A stretch of 64,000 bases of DNA from Octopus vulgaris (Eukaryota), in contig OX597824.1 of assembly GCA_951406725.2 (NCBI GenBank), positions 9,982,001 to 10,046,000 of the forward strand. Reading direction: 5' to 3'. Within the stretch, counting starts at the first letter, position 1. Every line of letters starts with the position of its first letter. The translations under genes were made by a program, and so were the position numbers. Shown here in pieces: positions 12,540 to 26,683 of the stretch. The notes below the pieces were generated by a model. The model was not told where the DNA came from. It worked only from the letters and a program-made list of their open reading frames with translations, and did no database searches.

Positions 12540-14315
12540 CACAAATCATCATTGTTTACCGTCCGCCTTCCATGCTGGCATGGGTGGAACGGCTTGACAG
12601 GAGCTGGTCAGGCAGAAGCCTGCACCAGACTTCTCTGGCTATTTTGGCGCCGTTCAAGAATTTGGACCTGGAGATCTCCATTTCCAGCAACTTCAAGGGC
12701 CACCTCCCAGTGGTGTCGGGTGTCAACGAAGAGCCTCGACTACAATAAGACGACCAAAGTTTTTTTATTTTTCCCAAGGTCTGGGGTCTCCCGCCCCTAA
12801 GCCCTAAACCATCACCTAATCACCCGTACCCGTCTTGTTGCTTAACAACAATGACTGTTTTGGCAGAATTTTTACAGCTGGATGCCCTTCCTAATACCAA
12901 CTACTCAGCAGAGTGGACTTGGTGCTTTTTACATGGCACAAGCACAGGTGAGGTCAGTAGTGCTTTTTACGTGGCACGAGCACAGGTGAGGTCAGTTTTG
13001 GCAAGGCTTTTACAGCTGGATGCCCTTCCAAACCCCAACCACTTTACAGTGTGGACTGGATGCTTTTAAGTGGCACCTGCACTGATAGGATCACCAAGTA
13101 ACCTGCAAGACACTAATCTTTTGAGAGGGGAGGGGGCATTGGAGGAGGCGATCTTGTGTCAGATGATGAAAGGTTACAGTGAGACAGAAACAGATGTCTT
13201 GTTGTAGAGGAAGTGCAAGGTTACCTGGCCAGAGAGAGAGAGATCAGGAATGAAGTCAGAAACAGGCATGCTGCTGCAAAGGAGATACATGGTTACCCAA
13301 CCTGAGGGAAGTGCAAGTGGGAGACACCAGGGTAGAGATGGTAGCAGTGCTGGGCATACTCACAAGGAACAGGGGTCAGAATATAAATGGGATGGTTGAG
13401 TAAAGGCAGAGAGAGATATACATGGTGACAGGTGCCAGGGCATACCCTTGAGGTTCGAAGGTAATAAGTGGTAGGATATTGCCAAAAAAGTGAGTGGTGA
13501 AAACCTGGGTATATAGAGTGGGGGAGGGTGCTACCGGACAGTAGTGATGCAGAGAAACAGGGCCATGAAAAAAGGACTGGGAAGTGAGAGTTAGACATAG
13601 TGCATGAAGGAGGAAATGTGAGGAAGAGAAGTGATGTAGAGATGTAGATTGGTTTGTTGGGGTAGAGTGTGTGAGAAGTTTTCTTGTTACGTGTGGGTGG
13701 AACACACAGATCAGGGGGCTAGTGGATAGCAATGATACAGTGAGACAGAGCCAAGAGCACAGGAGACTTAGTTTGGTTTATTGTGGTAGAGTGTGAAGTT
13801 TTCTTGATAAGTGTGGGTGGAAACATAGCGCTTTTAGAACTCAGTTTCGCTGACATGGGTGGGTCTTCACAAGAACTTCATATCGCCAGACATCTCAGTC
13901 CTTTGTCATTTCCTCCATGAGGCCCAACATCCTGAGGTTAGCCCTACTACTTCATCCCATGTCTTTCTGAGTCTTCCTCTTCTGTGGGTACCATCCACTT
14001 ACAGTGACCAGCAATTATTTATGCATTTGTCCTAATTCATATGCATCACATGTCCAAACCAACGTACTCTTCTCTCTTGCATGCTACATTTGACTCCTCT
14101 TATGTCCAAATTTTCTCTCAATACATTTGCACTTTGTTGTACATGCACATTGATGTTGTACATCCAACAGAACATACTGCCTTCCTTTCTTTCCAGTCTA
14201 CCTGCCTTCTGCATTCAGAGCCCATATCTCAGTACCATGGAGTAGAGCTGTTCACACACAAGCACCATACAGTCTACCTTTCACTCTGAGAGAGAGTCCT
14301 TTTGATGCCAATAGA
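12540..14315 (-). mobile_element. RTE-clade LINE 3' end
   Basis: MQERRVRWFGHVM on the minus strand, plus a 3' UTR similar to 21360-22670. Confidence 0.7.
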
Positions 14316-15101
14316 GGTAATATATATGTGTGTGTGTGTGTTGGAGGCAGCAAGCTGGCAGAATCATTAGTGCACCGGGCGAAATGCTTAGCGGTATTTT
14401 GTCTGTTGTTAAGTTCTGAGATCAAATTCCACCGTGGTTGACTCTGCCTTTCATCCCTTCGGGGTCGATAAATAAAGTACCAGTTTCACACTGGGGTCAA
14501 TGTAATCGACTTAATCCCTTTGTCTGTCCTTGTGTGTCCCCTCTATGTTTAGTCCCTTGTGGGCAATAAAGAAATATATATATATATGTGTGTGTGTGTG
14601 TGTATATATATGAGCAGGTGTAGCTGTGTGGTAAGAAATTTGCTTCACAACCATATGGTGCCAAGTTCAATTGTGATGAAAGCCTTGTGAGAGGAAATGG
14701 TAGCCAGAAAGTGAAAGAAGCCTGTGTGCATGTTTTTTTGAGCCTGTGTTTGTTCCCCACCCCATCACCGCTTGACAATCAGTGTTGGTGTGTTTACATC
14801 CCTGTAACTCAGCGGTTCAGCAAAAGCAACCAATAGAATAAGTACCAAACTTAATAAATAAGTCTTGGGGGTCGATTTCTTCGACTAAAACTTGGTGGAG
14901 TAAGGCTCTAAACAACAACAAAAACAGCAACAGCTCCAGTGGTTGACCTACCCTGTACACTGTTCTAAAAACATGCAAATCTTTAAATTTGAATATCGAT
15001 CTAACTCTAAGAGTAGATATTTAAAAAAAAATAAAACAGACAAAAATGTGACAAAGCATAAAAAAAACAAACAAAGTAGAAGAATATAAAGAAACAGTTA
15101 C

Positions 15102-15216
15102 CTGCATATAAGAAACGTTCTGAGTGATCAATATGCACAGGAAGGTGACAGTGTTTATTGACATGGCCAGTGTACTCATGTAGGGTACGTTTCTTGCGGA
15201 AATCCCATAATTTTAT
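15102..15216 (-). CDS. DCAF4: DCAF4 coding exon 5 (WD40; absent from the ORF track)
   Basis: Polypyrimidine tract then CCAG|IKLWDFRKKRTLHEYTGHVNKHCHLPVHIDHSERFLYA G|GTAAC, 115 bp, phase 0-1. Confidence 0.9.
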
Positions 15217-16754
15217 CTGGAGAAAAAAGAGAAAAACAAAGACATTTACAAAAGAGAGAAAACCATGATATTTATTTTAATGTATCCGGAGGGATGAAAA
15301 CAGAATATATTCCAATGAGATTTGAATTCCCCCAAAACTCCAAAAGAATACTGTTGTACAATTAATTTGACATTCTATAATTTCTTCCGCTTAATTACCT
15401 TCAACACCATTGTTTTAACATCCACTTTTTCAAGTTTGTATGGCTCAGACAGTTTATTGAGGCAAGTTATCTATGGCCAGATGCCCTTCCTGTTGCCAAC
15501 CCTTACCTGCTTCCAAGCAAGGCAATATTTCCCCATGTCCAGATATGTTTTTGAAGAATATTGGAAATTAACGAAATTCATTTACAACAATCACACAAAC
15601 ACACACATACAGGCTTCTTTCAATTTGTGTCTCTGAAATCCACACAAAAGGCTTTGGTTGGCCTTGGGCTTTGGTAGAAGACACTTGCCCAAGGTGACAT
15701 GCCGTGGGACTGAACCTGAAACCATGCAATTTGGAAGCAAACTTCATTACACAGCCACACCCACACCTGCATTACCATAAATTATGGGTCGAATTACAAC
15801 TAGTAGAAGTAGCTCAGTCGGTCATGTATTAGACTAAAAGGCTACATATTGTGGTTTTCCAATCATAGAAAACTATGCCAAAACTGACATTGGAACTCAA
15901 TGCAGCCCTATAGCTCACCAGACACTATCAAACCATCCAACCCATGCCCAGCATAGAAAACAGACATTATATATCAATATCATCCTCATCAATATTTAAT
16001 AGCTGTTTTCCATGTTGGTGGCATAGATTGGATGGCCTGACAGGAGCTGGCAAGGCCAGGGGCCACACCAAGTACCATCATCTGTTTTGGCTAGGTTTCT
16101 ACAGCTGGATGCCCTTCCTAATGCCAACCACTTCACAGTGCATACTAGGTACTTTTTAAATGACACCATCACCAGTATTTTGTATATGGTCTGCAACCAT
16201 GTGAAGGCTCCTTTTGTTTTGTTTTTTTTTGGCTTTACTTGTCGCAGAGCAATGGTGAAAAGGAATCAAGAGTAGGATTAAAGCTCTGGAAGTATGCAAG
16301 TCTGAGAAAGAAAGGATTGAGAAGGTGTTGGATAAAACTAAGGCCCCAGTCAAATGACTAAAACAAGTAAAAGAGTAATCCTGTGACAGACTGGTGTCAC
16401 ATCCAGGGGGAAACATGTGCGCCACGGAAAACAGGGAACCGGCTGTATGAGTCTATATGACTTAGAAAGGATGTTTATCCTTTATTCCATCTAATTCATC
16501 ATCATCATCATCGTTTAGCATCCGTTTTCCATGCTGGCATGGGTTGGACGGTTCAACTGGGGTCTGTGAAGCCAGAAGGCTGCATCAGGCCCAGTCTGAT
16601 CTGGCAGTGTTTCTACGGCTGGATGCCCTTCCTAACGCCAACCACTCCGCGATATGTATGAAAGTATCTAATCATGTAATATTGTTTGATGAATACAAAC
16701 CTACAGTAGTGGTGGTGTGTAAATTGAAACGCTTATGGGTGAAAGCAGACTTAC

Positions 16755-16922
16755 TTGTCCTTTGAAATCAGCAGCTATCACATGATAACCGTTCTGTAAG
16801 GAGTTCAGAGAACATACAGGATTATGTTGCTCCATCACAGCAGCATGCTTGGAAGACTGGATTCTGAGGTCATGGACCAAAATGTCACCTTGACGAGTTC
16901 CGTGGACCAGGGTGGAGTCAGT
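16755..16922 (-). CDS. DCAF4: DCAF4 coding exon 4 (WD40)
   Basis: CCAG|TDSTLVHGTRQGDILVHDLR...VIAADFKGQ|GTAAGT, 168 bp, phase 0-0. Confidence 0.88.
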
Positions 16923-18449
16923 CTGGATGAGGAATAAAAGACAAAGGATAAATGCAATCATTAAGTTCAAAGTAGAAACCAACAGGTAAATCAAAATAAT
17001 CTCTAGAAACAGTTTGTCATGCAGAACCATAAATTTAATGGGTCACCATCGTCATTCCTGGCCCATTAACTGACACATTTTCCAGCTAAACAATAACCCT
17101 CTCTCCACAAAAAAAAAAAAAAAAAATCAAACTGGCTCTCTGTCAGTTTCAATGACAAGAGTTCCAGTTGATCTGATGAACAGAATAACCTGCTTGTAAA
17201 ATTAATGTGCCGGTGGCACATAAAAAGCACCATCCGAACGTTGCCAGCGCCGCCTTGGCTGGCTTCCGTGCCGCTGGCACATTAAAAGCTCCAACCGATC
17301 GTGGCCGATGCCGGACCCCCCCCGGCACGTAAAAAGCACCCACTACACTCGCGGAGTGGTTAGCGTTAGGAAGGGCATCCAGCTGTAGAAAACCATGCAA
17401 GATCAGACTGGAGTCTTGTGTAGCCTTCTAGTGTGCCAGCCCTGGTCAAATGGTCCGACCCATGCCAGCATGGACAATGGACGTTAAATGATGATGATGA
17501 TGATGTAGCTGAGCACTTCACAGACATGTGTACGCTTAATGTAGTTTTCAGGGAGATCCAACATGACACAGAATGTGACAAGGATGGTCTTGTCCCACTG
17601 CATGGCACCTTGGGCAAGTGTCTTCTACTATAACCTCGGGCCGACCGAAGCTTTGTGAGCGGATTTGGTAGATGGAAACTGAAAGAAGCCCATCATATAT
17701 ATATATAGATGTGTGTATGTGTGTGTATATGTTTGTGTGTCTGTGTTATAATATCACTTGGCAACCGGTGCTGGTGTGTTTACGTCCGAGTAACTTAGTG
17801 ATTCGGCAAAAGAGACCAAAAGAATAAGTACTAGGCTTACAAAGAATAAGTCCTGGGGTCGATTTGCTCGACTAAAGGTAGTGATCCAGCATGGCCACAG
17901 TCAAATGACTGAAACAAGTAAAAGAATAAGGAAAATTTGCCCAAAATATCTGAAATTTAAACTGGAATAAATAAAAATCTGTCACTGAAGTCAATTTTGA
18001 CATCTTAGATATGTTAGAACATTAATATAGGAGTAGGAGTGGCTGTGTGATAAGTATCTTGCTTACCAACCACATGGTCCCGGTTTCAGTCCCACTGCGT
18101 GACACCTTGGGCAAGTGTCTTCTACTATAGCTTCAGGCCGACCAAAGCCTTGTGACTGGATTTGGTAGACGAAAACTGAAAGAAGCCCGTCGTATATATG
18201 TATGTATGTGTGTCTATATGTTGTGTATCTGTGTTTGTCTCCTCCAACACTTGACAACGGATGCTGGTGTGTTTAGGTTCCCGTAACTTAGCAATTCGGC
18301 AAAAGAGGTTGATAGAATAAGTACTAGGCTTACAAAGAATTTGTCCTGGGGTCGATTTGATTCGACTAAAGGCGGTGCTCCAGCATGGCAGCAGCCAAAT
18401 GACTGAAACAAGTGAAACAAATAAAAGAATAACTGTACATGGGAATTAC

Positions 18450-18809
18450 CTGCTGAGCAAATACTTGAGATAAGACGTCACTCATGCGCGAGTTTAATTC
18501 CCACTTTTTTTTGGTTTCCACATCCAGGAGATAGGCCGTCTTCTCCGCTCCAACACTGAACTGCTTTGTATTTTGATTCCATGCGCATGTCCAAGAAAAC
18601 GTTTTGCCCAAATTGTAATCAGCTATATAAAAATTTTCTCCGTAACGCGGCTTGAAGTTTCGTATTAATGCAAAATTGTCCAAGAGGCCAAATGCACTAC
18701 TTGTTGTGTAAAGAACCCAACGCTCGTCTGGATTGTCTGAAAATGGGGCCCAACAACTGCTGCTCACTTGTCCCCAAGAATGCAATATTGAGGTTCCAAA
18801 GGGGTCAAT
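18450..18809 (-). CDS. DCAF4: DCAF4 coding exon 3 (WD40)
   Basis: TTTCAG|IDPFGT...FSWTCAWNQ...SDVLSQVFAQQ|GTAATT, 360 bp, phase 0-0. Confidence 0.88.
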
Positions 18810-19034
18810 CTGAAAGACATTAAAATGAACAAAAATTATTTTAGACATTTGTATATATACAAACATATATATATACACACATACATTTCACTCCTTGTTT
18901 TTTCTGTGTCCCTTCCTGTAGAAGAGCGTAGGCTCGAAAAGTAAAAGACTTTTTCTATTCCTGAGCGTTATACATCTGTTTGTTTTGTACACCACCTGTC
19001 TTTGTCTTTTGTTTTTTTCGTAAACTCTCCCAAT

Positions 19035-21331
19035 ATATATATAATAGAGCTTCTGTGTGTGTATGTTCCTTATGCATTTGAAAACTGAGCTGCCAATTTT
19101 GACATATGGGATATCAAAAGATTAGGTAATCTTTCAGCTAGGAAGTAAACTATATTTTCATTTACATATATTCTACGTTATCTGAATAACCAGCTATAGT
19201 TAATTGAAAGAAACTGCTCTACAACGATTTTAGTTTCATTAGAAAGTAAAAATAGTTTCACACTTTCAATTTGAACTAAAATTACAGTGTAGCATTACAA
19301 GAGTGACGTCCTTTATCTCTCTCTCTCTCTGTTCCCAATGCATTCTCAAACAGCTCAACCAAATCAATTCAAATTTTACATGGTAATTCTATCAGACCCT
19401 GTGAGTGTCAACATGTAATTTTTTTTTTGAATTAAAGCAATGCAACATTGGCACTGGTTCTGTATTACGTGTCAAAGGTCAAAGAGTAGAAGAATAAGAT
19501 CTATATTGTAATGTGATATAATATAGTTTCACTTTTAATTCTACAGTGATAACACTAACATCATCTTATTTCTATTATATTTGAAATAAATGAAAAATTT
19601 ATATCCTAATGTGAACAACATTACACATCAGCAACTTTCCGTCTTTACAGCCATGACAGCAGAATGGTGTGTCTGTGTATGTGTGTTGACTGACGTAACA
19701 AACAGCTGGAGGTGAAACTCTTGACAAAAAACAATGAGGTGGCAGATCTATGGTATATAGAAATACACATTTACCGTTCAATTACCAGTTAATAATTATC
19801 ACAGCAGTTGCAAGGTTGCAAGGTATTAACCTTAAATTAACATTCAATACATGTGCTTAATATATATATATATCATCATCATCATCGTTTAGTGTCCGCT
19901 TTCCATGCTAGCATGGGTTGGACGGTTCAACTGGGGTCTGGGAAGCCAGAAGGCTGCACCAAGCCCAGTCCGATCTGGCAATGTTTCTACAGCTGGATGC
20001 CCTTCCTAATGCCAACCACTCCATGAGTGTAGTGGGTGCTTTTTACGTGCCACTGGCACGGAGGCCAGGCGAGGCTGGCAATGGCCACGATCTAAGAAAT
20101 TTATCTATAATTATTGTGGAATTTACCATTAAATTAGCAGTTATTACATGTGCTTCTATTTGGTTAATTTACACTGCATACAAAAATAAAGACATACTAC
20201 ATACATACAACTGCTTACAGAAATAAAGATTAATGTATAATTTTTTTGGTTACAATATTAAAAAAAATATGCTACTAAAGAAACCAGTATAAAGCAAGGA
20301 GGATTGTAGAAAACCGAAGGTGAAAGTCTCAAGACAGAAGTGAGATGAGACTTTCCCAAGATCAGCAAAAGCATACTGCAGCACATCGAATGGAGTCTCA
20401 AAAGAGAAGCAAGATGAGACTTTCCCAAGATCAGTAAAGGTATGCTGCAACATGTCAAATGGAGTCTCAAGAGAGAAGGGGGATGAGACTTTTCCAAGAT
20501 CAGCAGTTTTAATGATTAGACAGAGGTCTAATAAAATAGTTCTCAGGAACAGAACACATACAAATTCATTCTTCACAACTCCTGGAGCTGCTTTCAGATA
20601 TGATCCATCCCATTCTTATAGAAATGATAATTCTATCCAATTGGTGTGCTACACTCAAATTTTTGTTTTTACAAAGCTTTAAAATTTCTAAATGAAATTA
20701 ATGGCATGTGCTGCTCAGGCATTAAGGTAAGATTGCCAGCACTGCCAGTTACTCTTCAACCTCTTATGGATCTTCTGGAAGGCACTTCCATCCAGTCAAC
20801 AGATTTTCTGAACAATATCAGACAATACAACTCAGCATTTCAAATGACATCATTTGGTGCAGCTAAGAAGATAGGTGAACGTAGATTTATGCTGATGTTC
20901 AAAGTTCAAGGGCAAGTCTATCTACTCATTGGTTCCCTGTTACCAACAAATGAACAACTAAAGTTCTTCCAACTTTATTTTACAAGTGACATAGGACAAT
21001 GAACCTGAAGGAGGTGCCAAAACTTCAGACGATGGGTCATGTTAGACGTAGCACTGACTGCTGCAAAGGCAGGGGTATCCACTGACAACTTTTCGGTGCG
21101 TTCAAATATCATATATACCCCAGCCCCAATTTTCCATGACAGGTTAGGGCCTGGAACTATCCAAACAGACACATTACATGTTGCTTAGTTGAATTCACCC
21201 ACCAGTTTACTCCACAACTGTTTTGTTGTCAATGCTGCACTTTCCTGTATCACCTGTTTCAATATAACCGTAATATATTATATACAAACTATGCCATTTT
21301 AAACCCGAGCAATGCCAGGTACCTCTGCTAG
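19035..21331 (+). mobile_element. Internally deleted Helitron with a degenerate N-terminal Rep/helicase coding region, in DCAF4 intron 2
   Basis: 20580-21000 reads AAFRYDP...YKALKFLNEINGMCCSG.KVRLP...FLNNIRQYNSAFQMTSFGA...FKVQGQVY..IGSLLP, typical of the Helitron N-terminal region. The 3' end is a hairpin CCCGAGCAATGCCAGG followed by CTAG, in (TA)n. The 5' boundary is approximate. Confidence 0.8.
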
Positions 21332-21359
21332 TATATATATATATATATGCATATATATG

Positions 21360-22670
21360 TTACATGGTAGTGAGACATGGACACTGAATGCAGAGGACAT
21401 GCCTAGGCTGGAGAGGAATTAATGCAGTATGCTCCATTGGATTTGCAACACCAGTGTGCATGGCCAACAAAGCACAACTGTATCAAAAGAAAAGTTAGGG
21501 ATAAGAGGGATTAAATGTGGTATGCAGGAGAGGAGACTGCATTGGTTTGGACATGTGATGCGTATGAGTGAAGACAGCTGTATACAGAAGTACCTGTGGA
21601 AGAAGGAGACACAGGAAAACGTGGGATGAAGTACTGAGGACTGATCTTAGGATGTTGGGGCTCATGGAAGAAATGAAAATGGCGCAAGATGTTTGGCAAT
21701 ATGAGGTCCTAAAGAAGACCTGTCCACAAAAACTGAGTACTAAAAGAGTTGTGTCCCACCCACATGTAACAACACAGTTTTCATCTTCTCTACCCTAAGA
21801 AATCAAACTACAATTCATCTTCTAACTGTATCTTTCTCTCCCTCACATTTCCTCTTCATAAACTATGATTGTTTGCCAATCCCCTTTCTTGCCATTACTC
21901 CTTGCTCACTGTATCGCTGCTCTCCACACCCTATTTTTCTAACCAGGTCCTACGCTCATATTCTTGTTACTTGTGAGGATACCCCAGCATTACACCATCT
22001 CTCTTCTGCTCTCTCTTACACATTCACTGATTCTTACTCTCTCTCCTTCTCTTGTTTCTCCTCTGACTAGGTAACCAAATATTACTTTTACATCAGCACA
22101 CTCGTTTCTGGCCTCTAGTACCTCTCTCCCACTCTCTATCTTTTATCTCTCTCTCTCTCTCTCTCACCTGGTAACCATGTACCTCCTCTATAGCAAGACA
22201 CTTATTTCTCTGTCACATTCTAACCTTTCATCATTTGATACTGGATCACCCTCTCTAAATCCCACTCTGTTGTGGAAAGACACCTGTCACTTTGTCACGC
22301 TCTAAACTTTCATCCTCTGACACAAGTTCCTCTCCTCAAATGCCCTGCTTCTCTTGTAATTCCTTGTCTTGTGAGTTACTTGGTTACTCTACCAGTGCTG
22401 GTGCCAAGTTAAAAGCATCCAGTCCACACTGTAATGTGGATTGCATTTGGAAGGGCATCCAGCTGTAAAAATCATGCCAAAATAAACTTCGCCTGTGCTA
22501 GTACCATGTAAAAATCACTGAGCCCACTCTGCGGAGTGGTTGGTGTTAGGAAGGGTATCTAGTCATAAAATTCCTGCTAAAACAAACACAGTAACTTAGG
22601 GTAGTTTTTCTACCAAGCCAGCTCCTGTCAACCGTCCTACCCATGCATGCATGGAAGATGGATGTTAAGG
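21360..22670 (+). mobile_element. RTE-clade LINE 3' end with long 3' UTR
   Basis: LHGSETW...MQERRLHWFGHVMRM...RKTWDEV. The 3' end is shared with the (CAT)n-tailed repeats. Confidence 0.75.
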
Positions 22671-23527
22671 GAAGGAAGGAAGGAAGGGTATGTGTGTGTA
22701 TATATGTATGTATATAATTTCTTCAATCAGTTCTCTCTCTCTAGCTACTACACTTTCAGAGCAACTACTTCCCCTGCTAACTATGTCTCCTAGATAACAA
22801 AAGCTATGAACTACTTATAGTGAGCCATCTGAGCATTTAAGAGACTTAATTTCTGATGTGCTTATACAAACTGTTTCAAACCATCTACCACATATGAAGC
22901 TTACATTTTTGAATAGTCTGCCAGTGACTCCACAACATCTTTTGTATGTATACAAATTAAATTAAATAAATTCAAAGGAAAATTTAGAGAATGAGCAATT
23001 TAGTCTGTAAGTCTGACATTTACGTTAGAAAGACAAAAGAAAATATCTCTTCAAGTATATGAGCGGGTGTTGAAGAGTTCCTGGCTTTGGATAAAAGAAA
23101 ATACAGGAGGATCAGTTAATTGTGATTTTATTCAACATGTTCCCCCCTCAGATTCACACACTTATTGCAGCAGTCCTTCAGTTTTTCTAAGCCCTGTAAA
23201 AAGAACTCAGAAGGTTGGGCCTCCAACTAGGCCTTTTGTGATACCCTTAAAGCCAGGAACTTTTCAGTACCACCACCACCACCCCTTATATACTTTTCTA
23301 TGTTTATTAAAATTCAGATGATTTTATTCTTTTTGGATCTTGTAAGAATGGCCCTTTCTTTAGTGTAGAAGCATAAGTAGGCTTCATTATATCAAAGAAT
23401 AAAAGTCAATAAGAAAATATGTAGCTAATTCAGAATGACAGTATGGAACAAAAATAACAAAGAATGAAAATAAAAGAGCATCAAAAAAAGCAAAATAGAA
23501 CAAATACAGAGAATATTTAGAATATAC

Positions 23528-24020
23528 CTCAATAGGAATTGTGTTGTTATCTTTAGTTGGTGTCCGTCTTTTAATGTGAATCAGTTGTAGACGTTGTTTA
23601 AGGAACTTTTGCACTGTCCAAGAGCCAACAATATCATCACATAAAGGGCTCACTAAAAGCTGCAAGCAATGTTTTAACTGTTCGTAAGGACCGAACTCAC
23701 TAGGAAATACTTTCTCGTGCCAGAAAGGTTTCAAGCCTGCAATATTTTTTCTTAGCTGGAAAATACCCATTTGTGTGTTGTTTATAGAACCTACTTTCAT
23801 TTGTTCCAGCCACAGAGTAATATTGTTCTTGAAGTGGGAAACTTTAGGCAAAGAGCAAGAGCTGTCTCGCATTTTGATCAAATCTTTCTGACGTTTTTCC
23901 TCAGTCTCTTTCGCAATAATTTTTGCCTTAGTGAAAACATTTAGATTGTTGTGTCCAGGAATAATCTTGAAATATTTCTCCTGTTCTGTGTCATAGTAAT
24001 ATCCTGCAAGTTGTAGGATT
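23528..24020 (-). CDS. DCAF4: DCAF4 coding exon 2
   Basis: Acceptor TTAACAG. Contains LAGYYYDTEQEKYFKIIPGHNNLN, the DCAF4-family motif (LPGFYFDPEKKRYFRLLPGHNNCN). Phase-0 donor GAG|GTAT. Confidence 0.9.
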
Positions 24021-24202
24021 CTGTTAAGGATCAATACAGGGGAAATGCAAAGAACAAAACTTAAAAATTGAGAAATTCAAAGAGTGAAACATTGTCAATC
24101 AATAATTGCAATAGTTAGTGAAAATTACTATGTATGTGCTATAAACAACCTCCATGAATCTCTGTAACAAGTGGGTATTAAACAAACACGAATAAAGTAG
24201 AG

Positions 24203-24793
24203 CAGTGGTTCCCAAACTTTTTAGAGTCACGACCCACTATTTATCACACCAGTTTATGACGACCCACTTAACTCTACTGAGTAAAAAACATTAATGAAAT
24301 TCACAAATTTATTTCAGATTACATCTTTACCAAGGCCTGTGAGAACGATGAGCCTGTATCTTGCTACGCTCAATAATAGAATTAACATCAGGTTCAGTGT
24401 CTGATAGTTTCAGGCGTAAAGAATTTGAGAGCTGCAGTGTAAATACTAACACTAATACAAAACCTTGAAGTAGCAACTGTTATCGGCTCGATCAGTGTTA
24501 TACTTTGCCTAGTTAAAGTTCTCTGTAAATAGGTAAAAACAGACCTTTCCTTTTTATGATTACATACAAATAAATAACTTGAGAAAATGACAACCTCTGA
24601 TTTGTTAAGTTCGTGAAAAAGCCCACTGCTTGATATAAAACAACAAGTCTGGTATTGAAAACATAAGTCTTGAACTATCTCGATAGACAGCAGTTAATCA
24701 AAGCTAATGCGTAATTTTATAACTTTTTGCGACCCAATAAGATTCCGTTCGCGACCCATCTGTGGGTTGCGACTCATAGTTTGGGAACCACTG
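24203..24793 (-). mobile_element. hAT (Charlie-like) non-autonomous element with a transposase C-terminal remnant
   Basis: TIR CAGTGGTTCCCAAAC, perfect 8-bp TSD AAGTAGAG. Minus strand reads LRLKLSDTEPD and QAHRSH. Confidence 0.85.
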
Positions 24794-26683
24794 AAGTAGA
24801 GAATATGAGTGATCAGTATGGTCTATTTAAAGATAAGAAATAAAGAACTTGTATTGGTTAAATCTAAAAGAATTCACGACATTCTTTAAGTGACTGATTT
24901 AATAATAGGACAGAATTAAGTCCTGGCAAGAAGTGCCATGTAAATTAAATTACTATAAACACATGAAGGAATTAACTGAATAATAAACAGTATGCTTTCT
25001 CAAATAATAATGGATGGTTTCCAATTTTGATATATGGCCAGCAATTTGGGGGAAGGGGTAAGTTGATTACACTGACCCCCAGGGCTCAACAGTTACTAAT
25101 TTTATTGATCCTGATGGGATTTGAACTCAGAACGTAAAGATGGACAAAATACCTATTTCTTTACTACCCACTAAGGGCTAAACGCAGAGAAGACAAACAA
25201 GGACAGACGCGTGGATCAAGTCGGTTACATCGACCCCAGTGCACAACTGGCACTTAATTTATCGACCCCGAAAGGATGAAAGGCAAAGTCGACCTCGGCG
25301 GAATTTGAACTCAGAATGTAACAGCAGACGAAATACGGCTACGCATTTCACCCGGTGTGCTAACGTTTCTGCCAGCTCGCCACCCTTAAACGGACAAAAT
25401 ACCACTAAGCACTTTGTTCAGTGTGCTAATGATTCTACCAGAACAACAATAATGATTTCAAATTTTGGTACAAGGTCAGCAGTTTTCTGGGGAGGGGGTA
25501 AGTCGATTACATCGACCCTAGTGCTCAACTGGTACTTATTTCATTGGCCCTGAAAGGCAAATTCGACCTTAGCAGAATTTGAACTCAAAACATAAAGCAT
25601 TTTACCTGGCATGCTAAGGCTTGTCGCCTTAATAATATTTTCTACTAAAGGCATAAAGCCTAAAATTTTGAGGGAGGAGACAGACGATTACATCGACCCC
25701 CACCCCCACCGTTTCACTCGCACTTAACTTATCGACCCCGAAAGGATGAAAGGCAAAGTCATCCTCGGTGGAATCTGAACTCAGAACGTAGCGACGAGCG
25801 AAATAGCGTTAAGCATTTCGCCTGGCGTGCTAACGATTCTGCCAGCTCGCCGTCTTATTAATAATAATAACGTACAAGTTAGATCTTGCTCTCTATTGTC
25901 AAAAAAGCTAACTCCATAGCAAAATAGGACAAGAAATAAAGTATTATGAAGGGTCCATATAAAGTCCCATCCCAACAGTTGGTATTGTTCTGGATCTTTG
26001 AAAAAAAACCATCCATTATTCTTGTAAATCAACTTCAAAAGAACTAAAACAATTCGGATAACAATAAGAGTGGAAAATGTTTATATCGATAGAATGATTA
26101 AGACACTTCAAATAATGACTAAAGCAAGATAATTGTTCTCAATCTTCCAAGTTAAAAACCACGAACATTATCAAGGAAGCCTCCTCATGATCACGTGACC
26201 TATTAAAAAAATAGTAGCCTAATGTACCTCAAATTAGACGATAGAGTATTAAAAGAGGGAAGAGAACGTTGGTCTGTGTTTCTAGAGATTTCTTTCAACG
26301 ACATTGTCAAATACAAAATTGGAAAGACAACTTTTCCGAAGAATTACACATCGAAAATACAAGCAAAAGAGAAGTAGAGATTTCCTAAACATATCTAAAC
26401 GAGAAACACTGAAATTTTCTTGAGAAAAAAAAATTAATAATAATAATAATATAAATAAATAAATAAGCATGACTTAATTATCTTCAACAATTCACATTTT
26501 CTGGACTACAACAGAAGTCGAAAATAATGAACACATTTTTTGACAGATTGTCGGAAATTAGTGAATCGTACAAGTGAAATGAATTATTTGGCATTCTTTC
26601 GATATTAGTATCAGCATTTATAACACTTATCTCAAAAGAATGCCAATTATTTTCGGAATTGTAAAGATTTAAAGAGAACATAC

